Assembly (NCBI GenBank): GCA_965249485.1
Contig: OZ252239.1
Location: forward strand, 96,001 to 160,000
Reading direction: 5' to 3'
DNA length: 64,000 nucleotides
DNA from: a bacterium
GTDB taxonomy: Bacteria; SM23-31
This document shows, piece by piece, positions 20,332 through 30,600 of the stretch (within the stretch, counting starts at the first letter, position 1; each line of letters starts with the position of its first letter). The position numbers and the translations under genes are program-made. Under the pieces are notes generated by a model that saw only the letters and a list, made by a program, of their open reading frames with translations, ran no database searches and was not told where the DNA came from.

Positions 20332-21740
20332 TAGCGAACGAAATAAAGCTCCTTTTGCGGTGGCGATAAATACTCGACTCCACGTTCGGTGGCAAGCGCC
20401 TCCTCATGATTCCAAAATAATAAATATTGGTCTTCGCGTTCATTGGATGTCGGCGACGGCATATAAAAAAAATATTCTAACACAAAGTGATGATTTGGTG
20501 GAAGTGGTATATCTTTCGACCAATCCGGACCGAGTGAACCAATCCTGGGGGCCAAATAATTTTCAAACTCCCTCCCATCACGCGCTCCTTTCATCATGCC
20601 ATGGCTGTCCATATTAAGGTGCGTATTTTCAGGTTCAAAACCTGCAGAATATACGGGAAAATTGTTCTTTTGGATAGCCATATGCAATTGATTATCCCTA
20701 ATAATAATCCCTTCATCCTCAAATTTCCGCGTGTAGTCTTGAATTATCTCACGAGGGGTACGACCTGCCCTGATGGTTTCAGCCAGGATCTTTTCGATTT
20801 TCAAATATTCTGCATAGAGTTTTTGGATTTCCGGAGGTGGTTCAGTCTCTCCGTCACGGAGCACATAGGCATGCAATCCCCGCTCTGGTGAGGCAAGAAT
20901 GTCACCTCCCTGGATCACACTGTTTTCCCAGCCTGCACTCCTACCTCTTTGTGACAGTCCTGTACTCATCCGGCGAAAGACGGTTACTCCCGACCCACGA
21001 TTCTTAGTGACACCCGGCACAATATCAGCAAATGCCTTCATTATACGTTCAACATCATCCTTACATATTCTTTTTAGCAGCTCAATTTCACTCGGTACCT
21101 TGTTTATAATGTAATCCATCATCACATTTTCAGACGAGATCAGCCTGCTGGCAAAGGTATCACCGAGCTCTTCGGTTAAGAGGAGGTAGTCGGTATGCGA
21201 TAAGCCGTCTTTTTCTCCCTGGAAAGTCACCCACGGTCCCAGATCATGCTTGAAATTTACCGCAATACGTTTGGGCTCACGTGCTTCAACAAATTCTTTG
21301 AGATTCTTAAATCGATAATCATATTCAGTCATCGGGCTTCCCACCGGTTCCTGCACACAAACTGGGTCGTGGATTATGTCGTAGGCTCCAGATTCTTCAA
21401 CCAACTTACTTTGCTCTCCTCCTTCACGCTGTGAAGCTCCCCAGCGACGTCCGAGAACCGCGCGTTCGATCCTGTCACCGCCACGGTCTGTGAAGATGAA
21501 AACTCCGGAGCTACTTCCCAGTTCTTCCGCACCAAAGGGATCAGGAATTGCTTCTCTCATCACATGGATCCACATGTCGATATTGTTCTTTTTCATGACT
21601 TGGGGCAGTACTATATCAAACTTATCCCGGCGTATCTGATTATTCCATTCTTTGAAATCGTCTTCATCCTGAGCCTGTGCATTGGCAAAAGGTACTGTGA
21701 ACAGCACGGTAATTAAAATGAGAATTTCTCGAAATTTCAT
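20331..21740 (-). CDS. Secreted M24-like protein lacking the Asp-ligand segment
   Basis: Paralog motifs DMWIHV, DGLSH, DSHG, FVLEY; the segment carrying the two Asp ligands is deleted. Confidence 0.78.
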   Translation of the reverse strand: MKFREILILITVLFTVPFANAQAQDEDDFKEWNNQIRRDKFDIVLPQVMKKNNIDMWIHVMREAIPDPFGAEELGSSSGVFIFTDRGGDRIERAVLGRRWGASQREGGEQSKLVEESGAYDIIHDPVCVQEPVGSPMTEYDYRFKNLKEFVEAREPKRIAVNFKHDLGPWVTFQGEKDGLSHTDYLLLTEELGDTFASRLISSENVMMDYIINKVPSEIELLKRICKDDVERIMKAFADIVPGVTKNRGSGVTVFRRMSTGLSQRGRSAGWENSVIQGGDILASPERGLHAYVLRDGETEPPPEIQKLYAEYLKIEKILAETIRAGRTPREIIQDYTRKFEDEGIIIRDNQLHMAIQKNNFPVYSAGFEPENTHLNMDSHGMMKGARDGREFENYLAPRIGSLGPDWSKDIPLPPNHHFVLEYFFYMPSPTSNEREDQYLLFWNHEEALATERGVEYLSPPQKELYFVR

Positions 21741-21870
21741 GTCTTTCTCCTCCCTTGGTTAATCTGATATTTTCTATATCAATTCTTTAAAAGAGAATAT
21801 ATGAGGAATCCTTTGATGTGCAACTCCATTGTAACATTTGATGTAAGTCGTCATAACAATTATAAAGAAT

Positions 21871-24615
21871 TTATTTATCATACCAGTGGTCTTGAAGAAT
21901 AACCGTATTTCTTTTCAACACCCGTCCGTCAACGGTGAGGGTAATAGCATACTCACCCGGTTGAACCGGAACATTAATAAACTTTGGATCATTGTTAGAT
22001 ATACGATGGTAATCAACACTATCATAAGAATGAAAACTTTCTTCTTCATCTACATAAAAATCACGTTCATCCTGGTCAAGTTGCCACAGGATAATTTCGC
22101 TTTCAGTTCGCTCCCTCCGTTTTGACATATTCCATTCAACACAATTTAAACCCGAATTGTTTGTCCCCATTATTTCGTTGATTGCTCTTGTACCCTTGTA
22201 AACCGTTATTTTCACTTCACTAGTAACCCTGTTTTTCAAATAATAGTTAACCACTATACCATAGGGTTCATTAGGTCCTGCAAAGTTTTGCGAACTTACA
22301 ACGTTTCGGCTGGTGATCACCCATTGTACTTTTGGTTCAATATCAAAGAGATGAATGTCTTGTTCAAGGACTCTCTGAGTTAGCTCCTGTAATGGAGAAA
22401 CATCAGTAATAAAAATCCCCCTTCCATGTGATCCTACCACAAGATCGTTTTCACGTGGGTGAATAACCAAATCATGTACCGGTTGTGTTGGCATATTGTT
22501 TTTCATTTTTGCCCAGGTTCTACCTCCATCTATTGTTACATAGACGGCTTTATCAGTACCTAAAAAAAGTAGATTGCGATTCTTGCGGTCTTCTTTAATG
22601 ACATTGATCGCTTCATTTGGAAGGTTATTTGCAATTGATGTCCAGGTCTTTCCGAAATCGTTGGTTTTGTACACGAACGGTCTGGAATCATCTCTGCGGC
22701 GTCCAGTGTAGGTAACATAGGCAGTTCCGGTATCATGATGCGAAGCGGTAACCCTGCTTACAAAGTATCCGGGATTGCCAGTTATACGATCATTTAGTTT
22801 TGTCCATGTTTTACCGTTATCCTTAGTGAGTTGAACATTACCATCATCTGTACCAACCCAAATAACTCCTTTCATAACCGGAGATTCATCTATTGTTGTA
22901 ATAGTACAGTAATGAGCGTTTTCAAATTCTCCAATTTTTATCGGATCATTCGTCGTGAGATCGGGGCTTATTTCCTTCCAGTTTTCACCCCTGAAATCTG
23001 AGCGAAGCAGAATATTTGCCCCATGATAAATGACATTACTGTTATGCGGCGAAATCAGGATAGGAGAGTTCCAGTTGAATCGAAGGCTGCGGTCTTTTGC
23101 TATATAAGCAGCCAATTCCCCTCCGTTATACCGTATTCCTTTACTGCGACCCGTCTTTTGATCTCTTCTTTGAATACTGCCCCATTGAGACTCGTTATAC
23201 AACCAGCGACTGTCAGTAGGATCTACCAGGTTATAAAATCCATCTCCGCCGCCGACATGCTCCCAGTCTTCGAATCGAATAGGAGAGGTGCCTTTCTTTG
23301 TGCTCGGTCCCTTCCATGAACCATTATCCTGCGTACCGCCATAGACATTGTAGGGATAGTCCATATCGACACCAACTGCATATAACTGGGCTAAAGGCAG
23401 ATCATCGGGATGATACCAGTTTTTCCCACTATCATACGTAATACCAAATCCATGGTCATTGCCTGAAAGCAAGTGATTGGAATTTTCAGGATCGATCCAT
23501 AACGCATGATGATCATCTTTAAATTCGAACGCAAGGAACCATGATTTACCGCCGTCGATCGACTCGCGGGCGCTGCCACTCAAAAAGTAGAGGTGATTCT
23601 CATCATTCGGATCAACTCTAATTTGACCGTAGTAAGAGCCACCACCAATGATCTCGTCTTCAGGACTAACCTGCCTCCATATAGTGCCTCCATTATCAGT
23701 GCGGAATACTTTACTAATATTTGTATTACCAATTCTTCCACGAGGATGTGTGCCGTCGGATAGTATAGCATAAAGGATTTCAGGATTTTTTGGGGAAATG
23801 GTGAGGCCGATTCTTCCAATTGCATCGGCAGGTAATCCACGTGTGAGTTTCAGCCATGATTTTCCGCCGTCGGTTGTTTTATATATTCCACTTCCCCTGC
23901 CGCTTTGACGGTAACTCCAGGGCGTACGTTCCCTGTCCCAGCTTGCTGCAAAGAGTGTATTAGGATCTTTAGGATTCATTACCACATCTACCACACCGAC
24001 GTATTTATTATCAATTTTCACTTCAAGAGTCTTTGTCCATGTAATGCCGCCATCAATTGTTTTATACAATCCACGCTCCTGATTATCAGTATAAAAATGA
24101 CCAGGTGCTGCAACATATACAATATTTGGATTTTGAGGATGAATGATAATCCGGCCGATATGAAAAGAATCCTTTAAGCCCATATTTGTCCATGTCATTC
24201 CTCCATCAGTAGACTTGTATACGCCATCACCCCAGTATGAAATCCCCGGATCAGTACTGCTATTATTAGATTCACCCGTCCCAATCCAAACAATGTTTGG
24301 ATCAGATGGTGCTACCGCAATGTCACCAATAGATATTACATTTTCATTATCAAAAACAGGTTTATAAGATTGACCATTATTTATTGTTTTCCACAATCCA
24401 CCTGTTGCAGTTGCGACATAAAAGGTATACGATTCTTGTACGGGCACGGCAAAATCGACTATTCTGCCGCCTTGACGAGTCGGGCCGATCGAGCGGTAAT
24501 TGAAGTGTTTTAAAAAATCCTGAGAAAGCTGCTGTCCAAAAATATCAGAAGTGACTACGAGGAATAATGGTAACATTACAATGGAAACAAGTTGGATTAT
24601 TTTTTTAATTGTCAC
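21871..24615 (-). CDS. Secreted BNR/Asp-box (VPS10/sortilin-like) beta-propeller protein
   Basis: RSIGP..GGRI, many (S/T)xDGGxTW Asp-boxes, GGTQDNG; signal peptide. Confidence 0.9.
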   Translation of the reverse strand: MTIKKIIQLVSIVMLPLFLVVTSDIFGQQLSQDFLKHFNYRSIGPTRQGGRIVDFAVPVQESYTFYVATATGGLWKTINNGQSYKPVFDNENVISIGDIAVAPSDPNIVWIGTGESNNSSTDPGISYWGDGVYKSTDGGMTWTNMGLKDSFHIGRIIIHPQNPNIVYVAAPGHFYTDNQERGLYKTIDGGITWTKTLEVKIDNKYVGVVDVVMNPKDPNTLFAASWDRERTPWSYRQSGRGSGIYKTTDGGKSWLKLTRGLPADAIGRIGLTISPKNPEILYAILSDGTHPRGRIGNTNISKVFRTDNGGTIWRQVSPEDEIIGGGSYYGQIRVDPNDENHLYFLSGSARESIDGGKSWFLAFEFKDDHHALWIDPENSNHLLSGNDHGFGITYDSGKNWYHPDDLPLAQLYAVGVDMDYPYNVYGGTQDNGSWKGPSTKKGTSPIRFEDWEHVGGGDGFYNLVDPTDSRWLYNESQWGSIQRRDQKTGRSKGIRYNGGELAAYIAKDRSLRFNWNSPILISPHNSNVIYHGANILLRSDFRGENWKEISPDLTTNDPIKIGEFENAHYCTITTIDESPVMKGVIWVGTDDGNVQLTKDNGKTWTKLNDRITGNPGYFVSRVTASHHDTGTAYVTYTGRRRDDSRPFVYKTNDFGKTWTSIANNLPNEAINVIKEDRKNRNLLFLGTDKAVYVTIDGGRTWAKMKNNMPTQPVHDLVIHPRENDLVVGSHGRGIFITDVSPLQELTQRVLEQDIHLFDIEPKVQWVITSRNVVSSQNFAGPNEPYGIVVNYYLKNRVTSEVKITVYKGTRAINEIMGTNNSGLNCVEWNMSKRRERTESEIILWQLDQDERDFYVDEEESFHSYDSVDYHRISNNDPKFINVPVQPGEYAITLTVDGRVLKRNTVILQDHWYDK

Positions 24616-24750
24616 AGCTTATACTCCTGCTTGGTTGGGTATGGAAGATTGCAATACATCTATATGGAAGGAATATGCGGCATTGATAGTAGCGTATCTA
24701 TATTATATTGTATATCCCCGATTCCGGGTGAATCTGAAATGTATTTTATC

Positions 24751-24780
24751 CGCCCCGGGCTGTACGATTTGCGAAGCTTT
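24751..24780. repeat. Junction repeat family A, copy 3
   Basis: CGCCCCGGGCTGTACGATTTGCGAAGCTTT overlaps the GH3 stop codon. Confidence 0.85.
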
Positions 24781-27064
24781 AAAGTTTAAGTGTTGCTGAT
24801 AACCTGATATCTATAGAAGAACTTCCAACCATGATAGTAAAATCTCCCTGTTCTACAACCCAATCACCATTTTCTGAATCATAAAACGCAAACGCATTTT
24901 TATCAAGAAAGAACGTCACCGTTTTCGTTGCATCAGGCAAAAGCGTTATCCGGCCGAAACTTTTAAGTTCCTTAACGGGACGTGCTACTGAGGAATATTG
25001 GTCATGGACGTATAGTTGTACGACTTCATCACCAGTCCTGCCACCGGAATTTGTTATATCGACACTTACTTCGGCTGATGTCGATGAGGTTTTTTGAATA
25101 TGCAGATCAGAATATTCGAAAGTTGTATAACTTAAACCATGACCAAATGGGTACAATGGTCCGCTTGGTGAATCCCGGTAAGTATCATCGCTCCCGGGCA
25201 ATCTATTGTAAAATGCTGGAATCTGTCCGACACTTCGTGGGATTGCAATGGTAAGCTTTCCTCCTGGATTTATTGTGCCAAAGAGAGCTTCAGCTACTGC
25301 AGTTCCGGTTTCCTGCCCGAGGAACCAGCCGGCAAGTATTGCTGAAATATTTTCGGCTATCCATGGAAAAGACATAGGTCTGCTCTGCAAAAACATCACA
25401 ACGACTGGAGTTCCTATCTCATATACAGCCTTGACAAGTTCATTCTGGTATCCCGGAAGGTCTATAGTGTCTGTATCCTCTCCTTCACGTGCGGTTAATT
25501 CATTTCCTCCAAGGATAAGTATAGCCACATCCGAACGTTTAGCAATACCCACCGCTTCAGCAATATTTTCCTTCTCCAGGTCGATAAGGCTGCAGCCTTC
25601 ACTATAGAGGATTTCAGCATCATTTCCGACAAAGTTTTTAATTCCATCGAGTACCTTCACATAATGACGGGCTTCCGGTGTGGAGTATGCACCGAGAATT
25701 TCCACATCGGCGTTCGGACCGATAACCGCAATTCGATTAACTTTAGTTTTATCCAACGGGAGAAGACCATCTTCATTTTTTATTAATGTAATAGCCTTCC
25801 GGGCGACATCAAGCGCGACAGCATCGCTTTTTTTGTCATAAATGACCTCTTCCCAGTTTTCCCGGGGAAAACCGCCACGGTGTAATTTGTTGAAATAATC
25901 GTTTAATCTTTCGTCCTGGCCTCGAACTGCATTAGTATGTTTTAATTCCACATATTCGGGATAATCTTCAATGGGGCCGGTACCTTCATCACCGGATGCC
26001 CAGTGATCCTGCCACGCATATATAGGTTCACCGTCATCAAACAGACCGAGCCGGAATTTGGACCTTAAGACATTCCGAACCGCTCTGTCAACAAGTTCTA
26101 CTGGAATGCTGCCGTCCCGAATACCTTCAAGAAGCGGAGGTCCGAACGTCCGCTGTTCCCATGGCGCCTCTATCTGAAGCTCCTGGTCTACTCCGGTTTC
26201 CAATGCGAGCCGTGCTGCATCAGTCAATGTTTCAGCTACAAGATGACGCGTGTGCAGAGCTCTGATGTCTCCATGATCGCTTATCAAGTGACCCTTAAAA
26301 CCGTACGTTTTTCTCAATATTTCATCGATCAGATAGACACTTGAATGATTTGGAACGCCGTTGATGCTGTGATGAGCGGGCATGACACTTCCAAGATTAG
26401 CCTCTGACACGGCGGCAAGAAAAGGAGGAAAAAATACTTCGTGAAGTCTCCGGATCGATATATCCATCGGTGTGGAATTTAGCCCACCGAGGGGTTGTCC
26501 GTCAGCTGCAAAGTGCTTTGCGGAAGCAATTATATGATTTTTGTCAAACAGTTCATCCCCTGTACCCTGTAATCCCTTGATATAACCAACTCCGATTCTG
26601 GAGACAAGGTAAGGATCTTCCCCATAGCTTTCTTCCGATCTTCCCCATCTCGGATCGATAAGAATACCAAGCATGGGTGAATAGACCTGATGGGTACCAA
26701 GGGCCCGTGCTTCTTTCGCGACGATCGAACCCATGTTTTCAATTATTTCAGGGTCCCAGGTGCTGCCCATTGCAAGCGGTGACGGAAAGCTTGTCGCATG
26801 CTTGAGACATATACCGTGCAGCGCTTCTCCCGCTTTGATATGAGGAATTCCCAGTCTGACAACAGCGTTAGGGTATAGCGTTGCAAGCTGAACAACTTTT
26901 TCATCAATGGTCATTCTCGGCATGAGATCGTTTATCCGCTCTTCAATCGACAAGTTAGAATTCTTATAGAAAGGTAGACCCTCAGAAGATTTCGTACAAG
27001 ATATTACTGTCCATACAAAAAAACATATAAATGCCATAGGTAACATCGATTTCAATGATCTCAT
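24779..27064 (-). CDS. GH3 beta-glycosidase (lipoprotein)
   Basis: WGRSEESYGED, KHFAA, ISD nucleophile, PLYPFGHGLSYTTF, Fn3-like C-terminus. Confidence 0.95.
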   Translation of the reverse strand: MRSLKSMLPMAFICFFVWTVISCTKSSEGLPFYKNSNLSIEERINDLMPRMTIDEKVVQLATLYPNAVVRLGIPHIKAGEALHGICLKHATSFPSPLAMGSTWDPEIIENMGSIVAKEARALGTHQVYSPMLGILIDPRWGRSEESYGEDPYLVSRIGVGYIKGLQGTGDELFDKNHIIASAKHFAADGQPLGGLNSTPMDISIRRLHEVFFPPFLAAVSEANLGSVMPAHHSINGVPNHSSVYLIDEILRKTYGFKGHLISDHGDIRALHTRHLVAETLTDAARLALETGVDQELQIEAPWEQRTFGPPLLEGIRDGSIPVELVDRAVRNVLRSKFRLGLFDDGEPIYAWQDHWASGDEGTGPIEDYPEYVELKHTNAVRGQDERLNDYFNKLHRGGFPRENWEEVIYDKKSDAVALDVARKAITLIKNEDGLLPLDKTKVNRIAVIGPNADVEILGAYSTPEARHYVKVLDGIKNFVGNDAEILYSEGCSLIDLEKENIAEAVGIAKRSDVAILILGGNELTAREGEDTDTIDLPGYQNELVKAVYEIGTPVVVMFLQSRPMSFPWIAENISAILAGWFLGQETGTAVAEALFGTINPGGKLTIAIPRSVGQIPAFYNRLPGSDDTYRDSPSGPLYPFGHGLSYTTFEYSDLHIQKTSSTSAEVSVDITNSGGRTGDEVVQLYVHDQYSSVARPVKELKSFGRITLLPDATKTVTFFLDKNAFAFYDSENGDWVVEQGDFTIMVGSSSIDIRLSATLKL

Positions 27065-27153
27065 TTTTTTCCTTTTAATCTATTAAACGCGCACTAAAGC
27101 AAAATTGTATCAAATGTCTACAAATACATAATTTGTAATTCTTTTAATATCAA

Positions 27154-27336
27154 TCTGATATCCCCCATAGCAATCCCTTAATAGAGATTAATAGGGTTTA
27201 GTATAAAATTTGACGCTCTTCTAAGATGTGATGTACGTGGTCAGAGCGAACTGGTACTTGGATATAAATGGCAAGGTATGCAATTAACTTTCACACGTGA
27301 ATTCTACTCCCTCGGGGTGTGCGATTTGCGAAGCTT
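27154..27336. repeat. Long junction element (leader + promoter + family A core, copy 4)
   Basis: CTGATATCCCCCATAGCAATC...TGATGTACGTGGTCAGAG...GGTATGCAATTAACTTT...CTCCCTCGGGGTGTGCGATTTGCGAAGCTT. Confidence 0.85.
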
Positions 27337-27394
27337 ATCGTACAACTTCCCATCAATCTGATGAAGAAAAATGGAGAATTTTTAATAGTGTCTG

Positions 27395-28777
27395 TTATCT
27401 TGCCTTATCAACATCAAGCACTACAACAGAATTGAACGGATCCCACGCCCGTCCGTCCAGAGTAACAACGATATAGGCATTTCCTTCGATCGCAACTTTG
27501 TAGTTTTTCCGGGGGATGCTCCGCAGTGCATAGGCCTGTATCGGTCGGCGTCGTATAGTATCTAACACGAGTCTCCCATCATCGGGCCAATCGAACACGT
27601 GCAGATACAGTCGCGTTGTGCCGTCAGGAAGGATCTTGTGAGTTATCCTCCCCCACTCGGGCTGCCCCCACTGTGAGCTTTTTGTCCCATAGATACTTTC
27701 ACCATACTTTTTAAGCCAGACACCGGATTCAAGGAGAACATCGACCGATTCTTTGGGAATTATTCCTTCAGGCGTCGGGCCGACATTCAGCAGATAATTT
27801 CCACCTATGCTTGCTATGTGGGTAAGATCGCGCACGACCATCTCAGCAGTTATCCAGTCGGTAAAGTTTTTGTCATACATCCAGGTACCATTCATCTCTG
27901 TATTAACTTCAAAATTATGGAATGTCTGAATTTCACCCTGCTCGGGCATAAACTGTTCGGGAGTTATATAATCCATCGTTCCGTGACCAAACCGGTCATT
28001 TATGATAACGTCGGGTTGGATCGAGCGTATCATATCCATTATCTCAATATTATGAATCAGCTTTGGATGCTCTTCGACGTACGCTTCTAAAGGACCGTCA
28101 CTAGGCGCTGAAAATGCACCGCCGTCATCGGAGAAAAATACGTCTATCTGTCCGTAATCGGTGAATAGTTCACGGATCTGATTCTTCATATAGACAACGT
28201 ATTTTTCAAGATCGGCATCCGGATTGGGGTAGTAATGACGGTTGCGGTACCACTTGGCGGGAAATTCGGGATGATGCATATCGGTAACCGAGTAATAGAC
28301 CCCCAGCCGTATACCGGCCTCAAAACAGGCATCCGCCAATTCTTTCAACGGATCCCGGTCGAAGGGAGTATAATCCACAATATCGTAATCGGTATACTTG
28401 GAGTCGTACATACAGAATCCGTTATGGTGCTTGGTCATATACACGATATATTTCATTCCGGCATTCCGGGCTATATCGACCCATTCTTCAGCATCAAAAT
28501 CGACAGGGTTGAGGACCATTCCTGCTTCCAGCAGGTCTTCATAGTTTCTCCAGCCTTCGTCCAAATTGGTCAAATGCGGAAGCGCATCGGGCCCCCAATG
28601 GATAAACATCCCGTAACGGGCATCGTGCCACCATTCCATTCTGTTATCCATTGACGTGTTCCAGTCAGGACGGATCTGAATCATTACTTGAGCCTGCACA
28701 GATGTTGCCGTTATAAAAAGTACACCTAGGCAAAATGAAACCGTACGGAGCATTAATTTAGATAATGGTGTGCCCAT
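27395..28777 (-). CDS. GH29 alpha-L-fucosidase, copy 1
   Basis: WWHDARYGMFIHWG, TKHHNGF, GGNYLLNVGP, YGESIYGT. Confidence 0.92.
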   Translation of the reverse strand: MGTPLSKLMLRTVSFCLGVLFITATSVQAQVMIQIRPDWNTSMDNRMEWWHDARYGMFIHWGPDALPHLTNLDEGWRNYEDLLEAGMVLNPVDFDAEEWVDIARNAGMKYIVYMTKHHNGFCMYDSKYTDYDIVDYTPFDRDPLKELADACFEAGIRLGVYYSVTDMHHPEFPAKWYRNRHYYPNPDADLEKYVVYMKNQIRELFTDYGQIDVFFSDDGGAFSAPSDGPLEAYVEEHPKLIHNIEIMDMIRSIQPDVIINDRFGHGTMDYITPEQFMPEQGEIQTFHNFEVNTEMNGTWMYDKNFTDWITAEMVVRDLTHIASIGGNYLLNVGPTPEGIIPKESVDVLLESGVWLKKYGESIYGTKSSQWGQPEWGRITHKILPDGTTRLYLHVFDWPDDGRLVLDTIRRRPIQAYALRSIPRKNYKVAIEGNAYIVVTLDGRAWDPFNSVVVLDVDKAR

Positions 28778-28819
28778 AATTGTCTCCTTTAAATTTTTTG
28801 TTTTTACACGTATATTCTA

Positions 28820-28849
28820 CTCCTCGGGCTGTACGATTTGCGAACCTTT
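28820..28849. repeat. Junction repeat family A, copy 5
   Basis: CTCCTCGGGCTGTACGATTTGCGAACCTTT, a few bp from the 28854 stop. Confidence 0.88.
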
Positions 28850-28853
28850 ATGC

Positions 28854-30311
28854 TCATTTGATCAGTATAATTTTTTCATTTGGTGGATGAAGCCATTCAA
28901 CCCCCCGGCTACTCACAATGTGATTACCTTCAATATTAATGGAAATTGGAAAACCGGGTCTTTCAGGAAGATTTGTATGGACCATATATTCAAATGAGAA
29001 CATATGATTCTCATTGATCGTCAAATGATGCCGGTCTGATCGAAATTTCGCCATAGAAGGTCCGACTGTCACTTTACTGCCTGCATTTTGACCCTGAGTA
29101 TGAAGATCGATGGAAATCCCTGACTTATCGGTGTTGGCAAGCGCCTTCTGAATCATCACGTAATCAGGAGTACCTTTACCATCTGCAGTCAGTCCCCGTG
29201 AATCATCAAAAGGTGCATAAATATAGCCCGCATCTTCAACGGCCTTAATGAGAATACTCAAGGTTTCCCCTGCTGTTCTGCCGACTTTTATGTTCTTCCG
29301 CATTATCTCACGAGCTTTCAACGCCTGATCATACGCATACTGCAGACTTTCGGGAACTTTTGTTTCCCCTTCTTTCAGAATATAGAAATTACGCTTATAA
29401 TCCGTCACAAAATAATCCAGATATTTATTTCCGGTATCAAACGTTCCAAAATCGCCGCGTTGAATGACATAATCAGGGTGATTGAGCCAAAACCGCACAT
29501 CAGGTGGACCAATAGCTTTGCCTTTTTCCGTATAGAGAATCCGGGGGGTACCTGGACTCGTCCTGTATCCTCCTCTGTCTACATGTCTTTTGTAAAACTC
29601 ATTAGCAACCCACCAGCCTATATCACCTAACGTTGTTACACCGGGAGTGATCACTTCGCGGGATAAAGAGCGTTCAAGGATCTGTCTGTGTACTTCCAGT
29701 GCATTTGTCATGAGCGTTACTTCTCTCAGGATCCTTCGTGATCTGAAATCGGTGATTACTCTTTCCGCGGATACAATTCTCGCAGAATATTTTGGCCCTA
29801 AGAGTTTTTCCAATTTCAAATATTGAGTGTGGGAGATACCATCCGCAACAGCAAGCCAATCTGAATAATTTACTGCAATCGTTTTCGGATCACGATCATG
29901 AACATACTCTATAAATTCGTTATAGACATTTGGATCTTGATTCCCGTAATAATAACCGTTGATAGCTTGTGCGAGTTGCCAGGAACCACGCACGTCAAAA
30001 TTCAATCCGCCGCCTCCGCTGCCGAACATAGCCCGTTCAATCCTGTCTCCAATGTCTGTAAAGATCATATAACCGGATGTCGACCCGAATTCCGGAAACA
30101 TCGGATCAGGATCTCCGTCACGGGTAACATGGATCCACATGTCTACATTATTGTCGCGCATGGCTTCCGGCAGGATAAGATCAAGTTTTTCTTTCCTTAT
30201 AAGTTGAATGACTTCCCCACCGGTCTTAATCGTATGGACACCAGGCTGCGCATTGACATGAGGTACTGTGAGCATACCAGCTATTAAAAATAACACTATT
30301 CGAGATATCAT
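28854..30311 (-). CDS. Secreted M24-like peptidase
   Basis: FDTG...TDYKR, DLH, FSFEY and NIEGN retain candidate D, D, H, E, E ligands. Confidence 0.82.
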   Translation of the reverse strand: MISRIVLFLIAGMLTVPHVNAQPGVHTIKTGGEVIQLIRKEKLDLILPEAMRDNNVDMWIHVTRDGDPDPMFPEFGSTSGYMIFTDIGDRIERAMFGSGGGGLNFDVRGSWQLAQAINGYYYGNQDPNVYNEFIEYVHDRDPKTIAVNYSDWLAVADGISHTQYLKLEKLLGPKYSARIVSAERVITDFRSRRILREVTLMTNALEVHRQILERSLSREVITPGVTTLGDIGWWVANEFYKRHVDRGGYRTSPGTPRILYTEKGKAIGPPDVRFWLNHPDYVIQRGDFGTFDTGNKYLDYFVTDYKRNFYILKEGETKVPESLQYAYDQALKAREIMRKNIKVGRTAGETLSILIKAVEDAGYIYAPFDDSRGLTADGKGTPDYVMIQKALANTDKSGISIDLHTQGQNAGSKVTVGPSMAKFRSDRHHLTINENHMFSFEYMVHTNLPERPGFPISINIEGNHIVSSRGVEWLHPPNEKIILIK

Positions 30312-30333
30312 AACTTGCTCCTCTCTTGGTTAA

Positions 30334-30528
30334 ACTGATAATCCCTATATCAATCTTGTGAAAGAAAATAAATTTTGGTTTGTGCTGAAATATAACGCTT
30401 ATTTGAGATGTGATATACTTCGTCAGAGTGTTCCGGATTCTTTTATTTATTTGATATAAATGGTAAGGTATGCAATTAACTTTTACAAGTGTTTTCTGCT
30501 CTTCGGGCTGTACGATTTACGAGCTTTT
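30334..30528. repeat. Long junction element, family A copy 6
   Basis: Near-identical to 32066-32250; core CTCTTCGGGCTGTACGATTTACGAGCTTTT. Confidence 0.88.
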
Positions 30529-30600
30529 GAAATTAAATTTCAGTTATAAAAATCACAAAAATCTTATGATTCATTATTTTCAGTGGATATTATAATGCTG

